This document shows, piece after piece, positions 28,882-38,041 of a stretch of 64,000 nt of DNA (the first letter of the stretch is position 1; each line of letters begins with the position of its first letter). The stretch lies in NCBI GenBank assembly GCA_965217585.1, contig OZ244561.1, positions 480,001 through 544,000 of the forward strand. Reading direction: 5' to 3'. This DNA comes from Candidatus Latescibacterota bacterium. Lineage in GTDB: Bacteria > Latescibacterota > UBA2968 > UBA8231. The position numbers were made by a program, and so were the translations under genes. Under the pieces are notes generated by a model. The model had not been told where the DNA came from. It searched no databases and was given only the letters and a program-made list of their open reading frames with translations.

Positions 28882-31365
28882 CTAATACGCTACGGAAACG
28901 ATGCGCGTCTGGGGCTCGCCCGCACGATCGGCTTCGGTCGAAATGCGCAACAGGTATAGACCCGGAGGAACTACCTGTCCAGCATCGTCGCGACCATCCC
29001 ACTGTTGCGAATACCCTCCCGACGACAGATGGCGCTCAATGAAGCGCAGGCAGCGACCGTTCAAATCGAATATCTCCAGATGCACCGGCCTCGGCGTTAG
29101 CAACCGCTGTAGGTCAAAAGCCACGACTATTTCGTCGTTGATGCCATCGCCATTGGGCGTAAACGGGTTGGGCGCGACCTTGAAATTGGTCACGAGATTC
29201 TCGCTCTGCGCTGAAATATCGGCGATCACTGCTAGAGAATTGCGGTCTGAGAGCTGGTCCGTCGCGGCAAAATCCACCACGTTATTGTCCTGCACCCGCT
29301 GTGGCAGGAAGAGGGCCAGCGTATCGAGCGCGCTCTCGCTACTCCCGAGCGCCAAAATTCCGCTTTTGGTAAAGCGCCGCGCCACTTCTGCGCCCAAGGT
29401 GTCTAAGAAGACATTGGCTGAGAAGTTGGTGCGGAAGTCGATGACCCTGCCCCGAAAGCGGACCTTTACCAATGCGTTGCGAACTTGGCCATCCTCGGCT
29501 GGGCCGATGGTTGGAAAACCAACGACGAACTGATCGTCGGAGACGTACAATTCTCGAAACTGACCGTCGCCGATCTCGCCTTCGCGGCCCACTCGTTCCA
29601 AGTCCAGGAACTCCCCTTCGCCTAGATCCACTTCCACCCCCTCAATGGCCTCCGTGCGCGCCGGAGTAAAAACCTGCAAGCGGTTGAAGCCGTTGTTTTC
29701 GGCCCCTAGCCCAGCGTTGAGAACCAGCACAAAGGAGGTGTCGCGGCCAGCGATCACATCCACGGCCGGAGCGATCTCGCCGACGACCTGATCCGTGATC
29801 TGCGGGGTGGAATATTCAAAGCGCAAGTTGCTAATGATTGTGGCCGCCTCGGGCTCCTTGCTCAAAAACTCAACCTCTATCTGAATGAAGGGCCGACCAC
29901 TCGGCGCGTTGATCAACTCGCCATTGTTGGCCAACTGGACGCCGCTCCAAAGCTCGAGATCGGGCTCGACGTGGCGCCGCACATTGCCCGGCAGGGCCTT
30001 GTACTCCTCACGAGTCAGGCGGACTCGCGCTCGATCCTCGGGCAAGGCAGCACTGAAGATCTCACGGGCCTCCAAATTGAGATCCTCATCGTTCAGGTCC
30101 ACTTCCTGGCCTTGGGTCGAGGAACCGAGCCGCCGGTCGACGATGATTGCCCCCTCTGCACGCCACTCCACTTCGCGCTCGAATGTGTTGACGCGAAAAA
30201 GCACATCCGGCTCGGGATTGACGCCTGTCTGCACGCGCACAATAGCGCTCGACTTGTTGGGATCACCAATTTTTCTCTCGTCCCAGAAGATCCGCCCCAA
30301 GGTCGCCGGGGGCAGCGGCAGTGCATTGGAAGTGTAAACCGCTTCAGGTAAAAAACCGTCGGCAAAAAACTCCATTTCGCTCAAGTCGTAATCGAGTTCG
30401 GTCTGAAAAACAAAGCGCGCATAACGCATGTAAGCCTGTGGATCAAAGACTACAGCAATGGTATCTTCCACATTGACCGGTACGCTCGCCTCGGGAACGA
30501 AGGTCGGAAAAGTCGGGGCTATGCTAGCGAACGTAGGGAACGCCAACTGCCCAATTTTTGGATCGTCGAGACTAAGACCGGCGATTACCTTCTCAGTCCT
30601 AGGCAGCCCCCTATAGAAGGTATAAGCGGAAACACGCGAGGGCTCTTCAAGACTGGGATAGAGGCGGAACAAGCGAATTGGAAAGTAGCGTCCCAAGTCG
30701 ATATAGAGGGACCATATCTGCTTGACGTCCTGCCCGACTCGGTCGATGCGCTCGAAATGGGTCAGTGGATCGCCATCGAAAACGCGCCCTAGCCCCTCCT
30801 GGAGTCGCTGGCCGGTCAAAGCCCTTTCAAAAATGCCGAGCGTCGTGAGGTTGAGACCCTTGTTGTACTTGTCGCCGCCGGGAGGGCGGGGAAAGGATTC
30901 GGCCACGTTGATCATGGCCTCAATCTCGGTAATGCCAGCCTGGCGCAATAGCTGGACGGCCTCTAGGCTACGCGGAAAGGGGCTCCAGCGGCGAACCAAG
31001 ACCGTGCCCGCCTCTACGATCGCACCATCTTCGAGTTCGATATCCGTCGGTGCTACTACATCGGCTCTGGTTACATTAAGCGAGAAGGCAAAGAGGCTGG
31101 CATCGGTCGCCGCATCCACTTCGGCGGCGGTTAATGCGAGAGGAATTTCGGGAACGGGCACTACACGCGCTGGCAAGATGGGCCCAATGCCATTCTCATA
31201 GCTTTCAAAGTCTATTACTTCAATGAAGCGATTCTCTGAAAGCGGCCCCTGCTTGGCGTCGGCCCAAATTGTGTTACCCGGAATGGCGAACAGCCGCAAC
31301 TCCGCAGCAGCATGTACTACCCAACCTGCCAAAACCAGCGTGGCGACACAAATCCCGATTCTCAT
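28882..31365 (-). CDS. Secreted 827 aa protein of the same family with FlgD-Ig/type-B-like CTD
   Basis: Signal peptide; FDGDPLT, IDLG, EFFADGF, VRVQTG, RPFIQI, GEIAP, GFNRL; PNPFTPNGDGIND...WDGRD...SVAY. Confidence 0.88.
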   Translation of the reverse strand: MRIGICVATLVLAGWVVHAAAELRLFAIPGNTIWADAKQGPLSENRFIEVIDFESYENGIGPILPARVVPVPEIPLALTAAEVDAATDASLFAFSLNVTRADVVAPTDIELEDGAIVEAGTVLVRRWSPFPRSLEAVQLLRQAGITEIEAMINVAESFPRPPGGDKYNKGLNLTTLGIFERALTGQRLQEGLGRVFDGDPLTHFERIDRVGQDVKQIWSLYIDLGRYFPIRLFRLYPSLEEPSRVSAYTFYRGLPRTEKVIAGLSLDDPKIGQLAFPTFASIAPTFPTFVPEASVPVNVEDTIAVVFDPQAYMRYARFVFQTELDYDLSEMEFFADGFLPEAVYTSNALPLPPATLGRIFWDERKIGDPNKSSAIVRVQTGVNPEPDVLFRVNTFEREVEWRAEGAIIVDRRLGSSTQGQEVDLNDEDLNLEAREIFSAALPEDRARVRLTREEYKALPGNVRRHVEPDLELWSGVQLANNGELINAPSGRPFIQIEVEFLSKEPEAATIISNLRFEYSTPQITDQVVGEIAPAVDVIAGRDTSFVLVLNAGLGAENNGFNRLQVFTPARTEAIEGVEVDLGEGEFLDLERVGREGEIGDGQFRELYVSDDQFVVGFPTIGPAEDGQVRNALVKVRFRGRVIDFRTNFSANVFLDTLGAEVARRFTKSGILALGSSESALDTLALFLPQRVQDNNVVDFAATDQLSDRNSLAVIADISAQSENLVTNFKVAPNPFTPNGDGINDEIVVAFDLQRLLTPRPVHLEIFDLNGRCLRFIERHLSSGGYSQQWDGRDDAGQVVPPGLYLLRISTEADRAGEPQTRIVSVAY

Positions 31366-31479
31366 TCCGTAACTCCCCGGTAGAATTTGCGCTGCCCGGA
31401 TCTCAGCATGGGCAAATTAGGAGCGAGGTATTATGACGCGAGGAAGGTAGCTACCTACACTATGCGATAGCCACAAGAT

Positions 31480-31522
31480 AATTTTAAGGAGAGGAGGAAG
31501 CATTCCCCCTCTCCTTAAAAAT
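31480..31522 (-). terminator. Long hairpin, probable terminator or processing site after 31547..32455
   Basis: aattttaaggagaggaggaa-gca-ttccccctctccttaaaatt (20 bp arms, 1 mismatch). Confidence 0.75.
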
Positions 31523-31546
31523 TAAGAAAACAGCAGGATGCTACTG

Positions 31547-32455
31547 TTACTCAAACGCGGCCTTGATGCGGCCCCAAGAGTCTTCTTCGACCGCCGTTTC
31601 TTCACCAGTTTCACCAGTTCCGACCAAACGACCATCGGCGAAACGCTCGGCATAGCGCCAAGTCGCGGCCTGACCAGTCAAGGTGTGAAAAGCGCGGTAG
31701 TTGCTCGGCTCGATATCCATGTCCGGAATCGAAATTTGGAAGCCAATGATCTTGCCGTCGAAGAGAGACGACGGGACGCTGTCGTCCGGGCTGTTCCAGA
31801 TCAGATCGTCGAAAGGCGTGACGAAGAATTCAAGGGCTGTAACCGTCGGGCCGTCGCCGACCGAACCCCCACCGCCATCGGCGTAGGGCAACGAGTTGAC
31901 CCACTCGGTACCTTTGCCCAGATAGCCAACATGACGGCCGTCAGGAGTATCGCCGATAGCCACGTACTGTTGAGCCGTGCGGTTGTTGTTCAGGTCCTTC
32001 TCCTCGTCGGTCCAGTTCTCGTCAGCCGAACCGGTATAGTCGCCACCGGTGTGGTCGCCATCAAGCATGAACTCAATGGAGTCTTGCCTCCACAAGCTAC
32101 CCAAGTCACCGCCAGCGTATTCGTTGATGTACGTATTGTCGATGCGCTCCATACCCAGCCAGATGGTGCCGGCATTGCCGTTCCAGCCCAGCCAGATGCG
32201 ATAGTCTAGGTCCGCCGGATCGTACTGGGCACCGTCGCCCACGGTCGGATCCGCAAAGAAATCAGTAGCGACCAGCGAAGGGTCACCAATTACATCTTCC
32301 CAGTCGGCTATGCTGGCATCGCGCAGATCAATATCAGCCAGATCAGCCTCTGCGACTTCAAAGAGCAGGTAAACCTGTTCGCCAATATGCGCACTGGCAC
32401 CGCTTGTCAGGCCCAGTATCAGGCCCATAGCGACAAGGCCATATAGACGTTTCAT
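31547..32455 (-). CDS. Secreted CBM9/DOMON-like protein with C-terminal SWGRIK tail
   Basis: AAGGAG RBS before ATG 32455; signal peptide (ASA-H); WRQDSIEFMLDGDHTGG; ends TAVEEDSWGRIKAAFE. Confidence 0.82.
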   Translation of the reverse strand: MKRLYGLVAMGLILGLTSGASAHIGEQVYLLFEVAEADLADIDLRDASIADWEDVIGDPSLVATDFFADPTVGDGAQYDPADLDYRIWLGWNGNAGTIWLGMERIDNTYINEYAGGDLGSLWRQDSIEFMLDGDHTGGDYTGSADENWTDEEKDLNNNRTAQQYVAIGDTPDGRHVGYLGKGTEWVNSLPYADGGGGSVGDGPTVTALEFFVTPFDDLIWNSPDDSVPSSLFDGKIIGFQISIPDMDIEPSNYRAFHTLTGQAATWRYAERFADGRLVGTGETGEETAVEEDSWGRIKAAFE

Positions 32456-32749
32456 AAGCTGCAACTCCTTCCCCTTTATCGGGAGTGTGGTGGTTTTGGG
32501 GACAGCGACCTTTTCGGCTCGATCTGCATCGTACAAGGGCTATCGCTTATTGCCTCCGTAGGTCTGTCCTTCCCCTTGAGAAAAGTTACGCCCACTAGCA
32601 ACCGACATCCGACTTTTCCTGACCAGTCGGGGCCGCTGTAGAGGGCTTTTATTCGGCGTAATATAGGAATTCCGCCACTATACTGCAAGTATTTTACTAT
32701 TAAAAATTATAATTATTATATTTAAAATACATAAATGCCTAGCCCGTTG

Positions 32750-32783
32750 GCATACTTCCGATAAGATATTATCGGAAGTATGC
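32750..32783. terminator. Perfect 15 bp inverted repeat (terminator or operator)
   Basis: gcatacttccgataa-gata-ttatcggaagtatgc, 10 bp downstream of the stop of 32793..33710. Confidence 0.6.
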
Positions 32784-32792
32784 AAGGCGCAC

Positions 32793-33710
32793 TTATTGAG
32801 AATCTTCGGCGCTGTCGTCAACACTGTCGCCGGTACTATCTCCAGTGTCGTCAGCGCCGCCTTCAGCGCTTTCCTCGTCCTTATCTTCCCGAAAGCGAAT
32901 CTGCTTTATGTGGTGCATACCAATCGCAAACGGACTCGAACCCATGACGCCCGTAAAGGTCTGGTTGACGCGCTCGAAATAGCTCTTATCGGTCTCGCCC
33001 GAAAGGCGGACTAGGCTCGCCTCAACTGTGCCCATAACGGTTTTTCCCGACCAATAGGTCGCCGTTATTGGCCTATACTCGTCGCCCGTCCCGCCGTCCT
33101 CAAAGTCGATTCGCGCCACTTTGTCTAGGGGGATAAAGCGCTTCTTGTTGCGGCCCTTGAAAAAGTCGAGCCGCTGCTTGCCGTGAAAGCGCAAATTCTC
33201 CACCTCAAAGCGCCTGCCGTTTGTCGTAATGATCGTGGCCTTGAGGATCTTTTCCTCAGGCGGCTCCTCGCCGATGGGATGGCGCAAGACGATCTCTTGC
33301 ACATCGCTGGCGAGAATGAAGAACGGCCCCAATTCGGTCACCCCAGCGAAGCGACGCCCGCTGCTTCCACCACCGACGGCGTCCTGGTGGGGCGCAGAAG
33401 AGCCGCCCGTCACCATCAAGCCCGCTTCTTGGGCACCGTTCCGGAACACGAGCATGACGCGCTGTTCCTCGTCGCTGCGCTCCCCTTCAAAGCGCAACCG
33501 AGCAACCTTGACCAGTTCCACCAGCCGACGCTGCCCTTGGACGTAGATCTCCAAATCCTGACGCCCCTGAAAGGTGAACTTATCTACTTGGTGCTGGTTT
33601 CCGTAGCGATCGATAATGGTCGCCTTGAGAGGAGAAGTAGCAGCTCCACTGGCCGATACCCATAGCGCGGCCAAGAGTGCAACGCCACCCCATAGTCCTT
33701 TGCGCTTCAT
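32793..33710 (-). CDS. Secreted hypothetical protein with a two-fold internal repeat and acidic tail
   Basis: Signal peptide; LKATII...KVAR(L/I).FE...PF.I occurs twice. Confidence 0.8.
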   Translation of the reverse strand: MKRKGLWGGVALLAALWVSASGAATSPLKATIIDRYGNQHQVDKFTFQGRQDLEIYVQGQRRLVELVKVARLRFEGERSDEEQRVMLVFRNGAQEAGLMVTGGSSAPHQDAVGGGSSGRRFAGVTELGPFFILASDVQEIVLRHPIGEEPPEEKILKATIITTNGRRFEVENLRFHGKQRLDFFKGRNKKRFIPLDKVARIDFEDGGTGDEYRPITATYWSGKTVMGTVEASLVRLSGETDKSYFERVNQTFTGVMGSSPFAIGMHHIKQIRFREDKDEESAEGGADDTGDSTGDSVDDSAEDSQ

Positions 33711-33737
33711 GGCATTACTCCGCGATAAGCGATAAGC

Positions 33738-34433
33738 CTAAGGTTGTGCGGCCCCTTCGCCCCCGCTTTCGCCCGGTTGGGCCGGCGAGGGGTCTGGTCC
33801 GATGAGAATGTTCTGGGTCCGTCCCATGCTCACCTGTACGAGCCTGATTTCGTCCAAACCAGTAGGAGAATTTTCAATCCGAATCTTGTACTCGCCCTCC
33901 GGTACGATAAAGTAGCGCACCTCTGTCGAGGTCATACCCCGGCCCAGCATAGTCCGCAAATTATAGTCAAAAATTAGGAAAGGCACCTGACTGCGGCCCT
34001 GCGCATCGGAAAAAATGACCTGAAAACGACCGATGGGTATGGTCGCGTACATTTCCTGTCCCATCAGGACCTCGACTTCCTTCTCGACGCTGTCATCGAT
34101 ATCAGTATTGACCACAACCCGATAACTGCCAGGGTCCAGATCGACGAATTGCGGCAGAGAGCGGTAGCCTGTCTCGTATCCTATGGGTGAACTCGCGGCC
34201 ATGCGCGGCGATTCCGAGTGAACCTCCTCGCCGGTCTCTTCGTCGAGTACATAGTAGTTTACTTCGTTGATTCCTCCCGTCTCCAACATGAGCCGCCCCT
34301 TGCCCTCGGGAATGGGCGGCATACCATAACCGCCTCCGCTGCCTCCGGTAGTGGCACAGCCAGCCACAACGGCCGCTAGAGCACCGACCAGAAGCCACTT
34401 GCGCACCTGTGTATATTCAACTTTCGACGCCAT
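33738..34433 (-). CDS. Lipoprotein with two PEGA-like beta-sandwich repeats
   Basis: VVAGC lipobox; LDPGSYRV and VPEGEYKI repeats; GGAGG RBS. Confidence 0.78.
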   Translation of the reverse strand: MASKVEYTQVRKWLLVGALAAVVAGCATTGGSGGGYGMPPIPEGKGRLMLETGGINEVNYYVLDEETGEEVHSESPRMAASSPIGYETGYRSLPQFVDLDPGSYRVVVNTDIDDSVEKEVEVLMGQEMYATIPIGRFQVIFSDAQGRSQVPFLIFDYNLRTMLGRGMTSTEVRYFIVPEGEYKIRIENSPTGLDEIRLVQVSMGRTQNILIGPDPSPAQPGESGGEGAAQP

Positions 34434-34495
34434 CTTTCCCTCCTTGTGACGAGCTGTAGAAAACGGACAACTGCCTAAGAGCCAAGATGGTGAAC

Positions 34496-34524
34496 ATAAT
34501 ATATAGGCCCTCGGCCGCTGTCAA
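34496..34524 (-). promoter_or_regulatory. Sigma70-type promoter for 33738..34433
   Basis: Minus strand reads TTGACA-17 bp-TATTAT. Confidence 0.75.
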
Positions 34525-36135
34525 CTACTCGTCGCGGTCCGCGAGAGATACGAGGATGAAGTTCCGATCCTCTCTCGGCTGCCGGCTGACGAAGCGCATA
34601 AATTCTACTCTGTCGTACCACTGACGCGGGTGCGCCGAAGGGATCGTCACGCCCCGGCGCAAGAGGTCTTGCCAAAAAGGCTCGTTTTCCACGACGAAGC
34701 CGGCCGCCACTAGGAAATAGTCTGCGCCCTCGACCGCGAGGCTGTCGAGCCGCTCTGGCGCAAACTCGGGCGGGGTTATTTGCCATCCCTTGCGATGGCA
34801 GTAGTAGAGCAAGGTCGGGCTTTGCGCTCGGTGCGGCACCCCGGTGTTTTCGTCCTCGTCGCCGATGACCAGCATCGCATCCTGCGGCAACTTGGCGTCG
34901 AGTATCCGCCCCACCAAGTAGCAGCTCTGATAGTAGTTGTGCCAATTGTTGGGCTGCGCATAATACGGCCTAACCGCCCAAGCACTGTAGGCGGCGACCC
35001 CGACGATCAGGGTACATACCAAAACGACGCGCCAGCGGTGTTTCCAGTTCCGCGCGAATCGACACCATCCCGCCGATGCGGCATCTGCCCCGATAATGGC
35101 TTCGAGCGCCCGTCCAGCCAGAAGGGCCCCAACCGGGGCAAAGGGTAGCTGGTAGTAATGCAGTCTGCGATTACCCTCGGGGATGACAAAAACATAGAGC
35201 ACCAGCCCTCCCATCCAAACCCAGAGCGTCCACTCGCGCCGTTGGGTAGGCGCTAGAGCGAGTCCGGCCAAAACCAAGATTGCCCCCGCAGGCGTATAGA
35301 CGCTGTGCCAGAAGCGCTCCAAGATCGTCAGGTAGAAATTAGTCGTAAAAAGCAGGCTGCGGTCCCACTTGTCATAGCCGTAGCGATTCCAGATGCCAAA
35401 CGTCAGGCCGGTTTCCTCAAAGAGCAGGTTGGCGTGCCAGTACCAGAACACGGCGGGTGCCAAGGCCAGCACGAGGTAGAGCCAAAGCGCGGGCTTGAGG
35501 ACGAAGTGCCACCTCCAGCGCACCCAGGCTAAGGCGACCAGCGGAAAACCGAGATAGAGGGTAGGTATTTTGACGAGGAAACACAGGGCGGCCAACAGGA
35601 CAGCTAGCGCGAAGTCCCATAGGCGACTGCTGTCAATCCACCGCGCGAAAGCCCAAAGCGCCCCCACGCTCAAAAGGATCATCAGCGCCTCGGGCATAAA
35701 GGTGCGCCCGTAGTAGATGCTCATGGGGGAAAGCAGATAGAGCAGGGCAGCCAACAGCGCGCCCGGCCGCCCCATGCCCAATCGCAGACCCAGCCAATAG
35801 AGCAGCGCCGCCGCCGCCGCCGAGCACAGCGCCGCCACGAGCCGCCCGAGCCACTCATAGGAACCGTCGACTGCGGCGTAGAGCAGGGCAACGACGAAGG
35901 GGTACAGAGGGAAATTCGCCTCCACATACCCAGGGGTAGTACCGCGCCAATCGACGCGCGGATAGAAGAGCGAATACCCCTCTTCGTAAAAGTTGCGGGC
36001 TATGGCGGCCGTGTCCGTCTGGCGCCAAGCCTGCTTGTCAGTCAGGGGATCTTGCAGGTTTACAAACCGCAGGGCCAGCCCCAAGGCGAGGACGATATAG
36101 AGGTAAGAAGCGCCCGTGGCCCCCTTCGTTTGCAT
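34525..36135 (-). CDS. GT-C glycosyltransferase (ArnT/PMT_2, GT39/83-like)
   Basis: WRQTDTAAIARNF, EANFPLY, YYGRTFMPE, LVK.P, HYYQLP; many TM helices. Confidence 0.88.
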   Translation of the reverse strand: MQTKGATGASYLYIVLALGLALRFVNLQDPLTDKQAWRQTDTAAIARNFYEEGYSLFYPRVDWRGTTPGYVEANFPLYPFVVALLYAAVDGSYEWLGRLVAALCSAAAAALLYWLGLRLGMGRPGALLAALLYLLSPMSIYYGRTFMPEALMILLSVGALWAFARWIDSSRLWDFALAVLLAALCFLVKIPTLYLGFPLVALAWVRWRWHFVLKPALWLYLVLALAPAVFWYWHANLLFEETGLTFGIWNRYGYDKWDRSLLFTTNFYLTILERFWHSVYTPAGAILVLAGLALAPTQRREWTLWVWMGGLVLYVFVIPEGNRRLHYYQLPFAPVGALLAGRALEAIIGADAASAGWCRFARNWKHRWRVVLVCTLIVGVAAYSAWAVRPYYAQPNNWHNYYQSCYLVGRILDAKLPQDAMLVIGDEDENTGVPHRAQSPTLLYYCHRKGWQITPPEFAPERLDSLAVEGADYFLVAAGFVVENEPFWQDLLRRGVTIPSAHPRQWYDRVEFMRFVSRQPREDRNFILVSLADRDE

Positions 36136-36141
36136 GTCAGA

Positions 36142-37317
36142 TCAGTAGGGGCGCCAGCTCGGCGACATATCGTCGCGGTCGTCGTTGTCGGTCAGGTTGA
36201 TTGGCATCAGCGGCGGCGCGTCCATCTCGTCCAGGTCAAATCCGGCCGTCCCGACCAAGTAAATGTCGTATTCGTCGTCGCCCATCTTGCCCGCATAAGC
36301 TATCCCCTTGCCGTCGGGCGACCAGACGGGCTCTTGCTCGTAGGTATCCTCGGCAATCGAGATGCGGGTCTGCCCTTGGCCATCGGCCCGCATGATCATC
36401 AGCTCCTGGCCGCCAAATGCCTCCGAGTTGTAAACCAAGCGGTCGCCCTTGGGCGAAAATGACGCGAACATGTCGAGCTTGCGCCGATTCTCGGTGAGGC
36501 GAGTCCGATTCGACCCGTCGAGATCAATGAGATAAATCTCGTCGTTGTCGTCGAAGGCCGAAGAAGTAAAGGCGATGCGGCGGCCGTCGGGCGAAAACGA
36601 AGGCTGGCCGCCTTGGACCAACTTCCGCGGGTTGGCCCCGTCAGCGGCCATAAGCCAGACGGCCACATCGCCGTCGCGCTGGCTGACGAAGGCGATAGTC
36701 TCGCCGTCGGGCGAAAAGACGCCGCGCTGGTCGCGCTCGGGATGTTCGGTCAGGCGCACGACATTAGCGCTATCAACATCCATGACGTAGAGGTCGATGT
36801 TGGTCATCACGTCGCCGCGAGTGAAGAGGATCCTCTTACCGTCGGGCGACCAAGAGGGATGCTGCTCGGGTTCGCGAGTGTCGGTTAGCTGCTGGCGCTC
36901 GCTGCCATCGGCCTTGATGGTAAACAAGTCCCAGCTACGGACGTTTTTCTTGGTCGAGGCGTAGAGGATCGTGCCCTCGCGTTTGAAAGCGGCATTGCTC
37001 CCCGCGGGAATGTCAAAGGTCGCCTCGTAGGTCCGCACGCCCCATAGCGGTGGCGATTCCACTTGCAAGACCTTGTTTTCCATATAATCCCCCGCGGCGA
37101 CATTGACTGCATAAGAGCCACCACCTAATTCGATTTTGCTGTCCAGCTCGGGCAAGACGTAGGTCCCAGCTTTGACCAAGTGGTTGAATTTGTATTGGAC
37201 GTCATTGGCGTCCAAGCGCACCAACTGGCCGTCCCCGCCCCTGATCTCGATTTTAACTTGGTTCGAGCCACATCCTGCGAGCGCGACGGCTAAAACCAAT
37301 GCAGATAGCTTGAACAT
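36142..37317 (-). CDS. TolB-like PD40 beta-propeller lipoprotein
   Basis: LAGC lipobox; P.(W/F)SPDG..I.F and DGS...RLT repeats. Confidence 0.88.
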   Translation of the reverse strand: MFKLSALVLAVALAGCGSNQVKIEIRGGDGQLVRLDANDVQYKFNHLVKAGTYVLPELDSKIELGGGSYAVNVAAGDYMENKVLQVESPPLWGVRTYEATFDIPAGSNAAFKREGTILYASTKKNVRSWDLFTIKADGSERQQLTDTREPEQHPSWSPDGKRILFTRGDVMTNIDLYVMDVDSANVVRLTEHPERDQRGVFSPDGETIAFVSQRDGDVAVWLMAADGANPRKLVQGGQPSFSPDGRRIAFTSSAFDDNDEIYLIDLDGSNRTRLTENRRKLDMFASFSPKGDRLVYNSEAFGGQELMIMRADGQGQTRISIAEDTYEQEPVWSPDGKGIAYAGKMGDDEYDIYLVGTAGFDLDEMDAPPLMPINLTDNDDRDDMSPSWRPY

Positions 37318-37353
37318 GTATTCTCCTTACTGAATTATTGCACACTCGGCCGA

Positions 37354-38037
37354 TCAGGCTAGACCGCTGAGTACCCGCAAGCGCTCGCCGAGATGATCCA
37401 TCAACTCGTTGACATTGGCGAAAGAATCCGCGTAGAGCGGTTCGCCGACGCGGAAATATACCCGGGCCCCAGGCCGAGTGTAACTTTCGTATTCTAGGCC
37501 AATGGGGATCAGCGGTACGCGCACCCCCCATCGCTTCTCTGCCTGTACCAGATGCTCTATCACTTCCTTTTTCAGCGGCCCCAACTCGTCCCGGTAGCGC
37601 GTGCCCTCTGGATGCGACACGACCAGTTCTCCGTGGCGGTAGAGCCTGTCTAAGTAATCCTGCATTTGTTGGTTGGCCGCACGGGCACGGGCGATTTCGG
37701 CGCGGCGTTGTTGCCGGTCCGCGATCCGCCTGACGTCTTTGGGGCGCACTACCTTGAGCCCCCCGCACCACTCCGAGACCCCCCACACGCCGACCTTCAT
37801 AATGTAGGTAGCATAGCGCCGGGCGATTCTGTACAGCAAGACTCCTTCGACGAGGGGGTCGCGATAGGCGCAATGCTTGGGCAAGAGCAAGCCAGGTCCC
37901 TCGCGCGGCAGGTGGTGCCCGCCCTCGACGGAAAGGCGGTAATAGCACAAGGCACCAGCGGCGAGCAAACGGGCACCGCAGGCGAGGGCATCCACGCGCT
38001 TGATGGAAAAGTCTCTATGCTCAGGCTCTGCGGACAT
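37354..38037 (-). CDS. PlsC-like lysophospholipid acyltransferase
   Basis: HxxxxD (KHCAYRD), HPEGTR, VPLIPIG, VGEP. Confidence 0.85.
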   Translation of the reverse strand: MSAEPEHRDFSIKRVDALACGARLLAAGALCYYRLSVEGGHHLPREGPGLLLPKHCAYRDPLVEGVLLYRIARRYATYIMKVGVWGVSEWCGGLKVVRPKDVRRIADRQQRRAEIARARAANQQMQDYLDRLYRHGELVVSHPEGTRYRDELGPLKKEVIEHLVQAEKRWGVRVPLIPIGLEYESYTRPGARVYFRVGEPLYADSFANVNELMDHLGERLRVLSGLA

Positions 38038-38041
38038 GGTC

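Noticed and set aside
22185-31365. Flagellar locus suggested by FlgD and FlgT-like domains
   Set aside because: Only the promiscuous Ig/C-terminal domains are present, on Sec-signal proteins; there are no flagellar structural or export genes.
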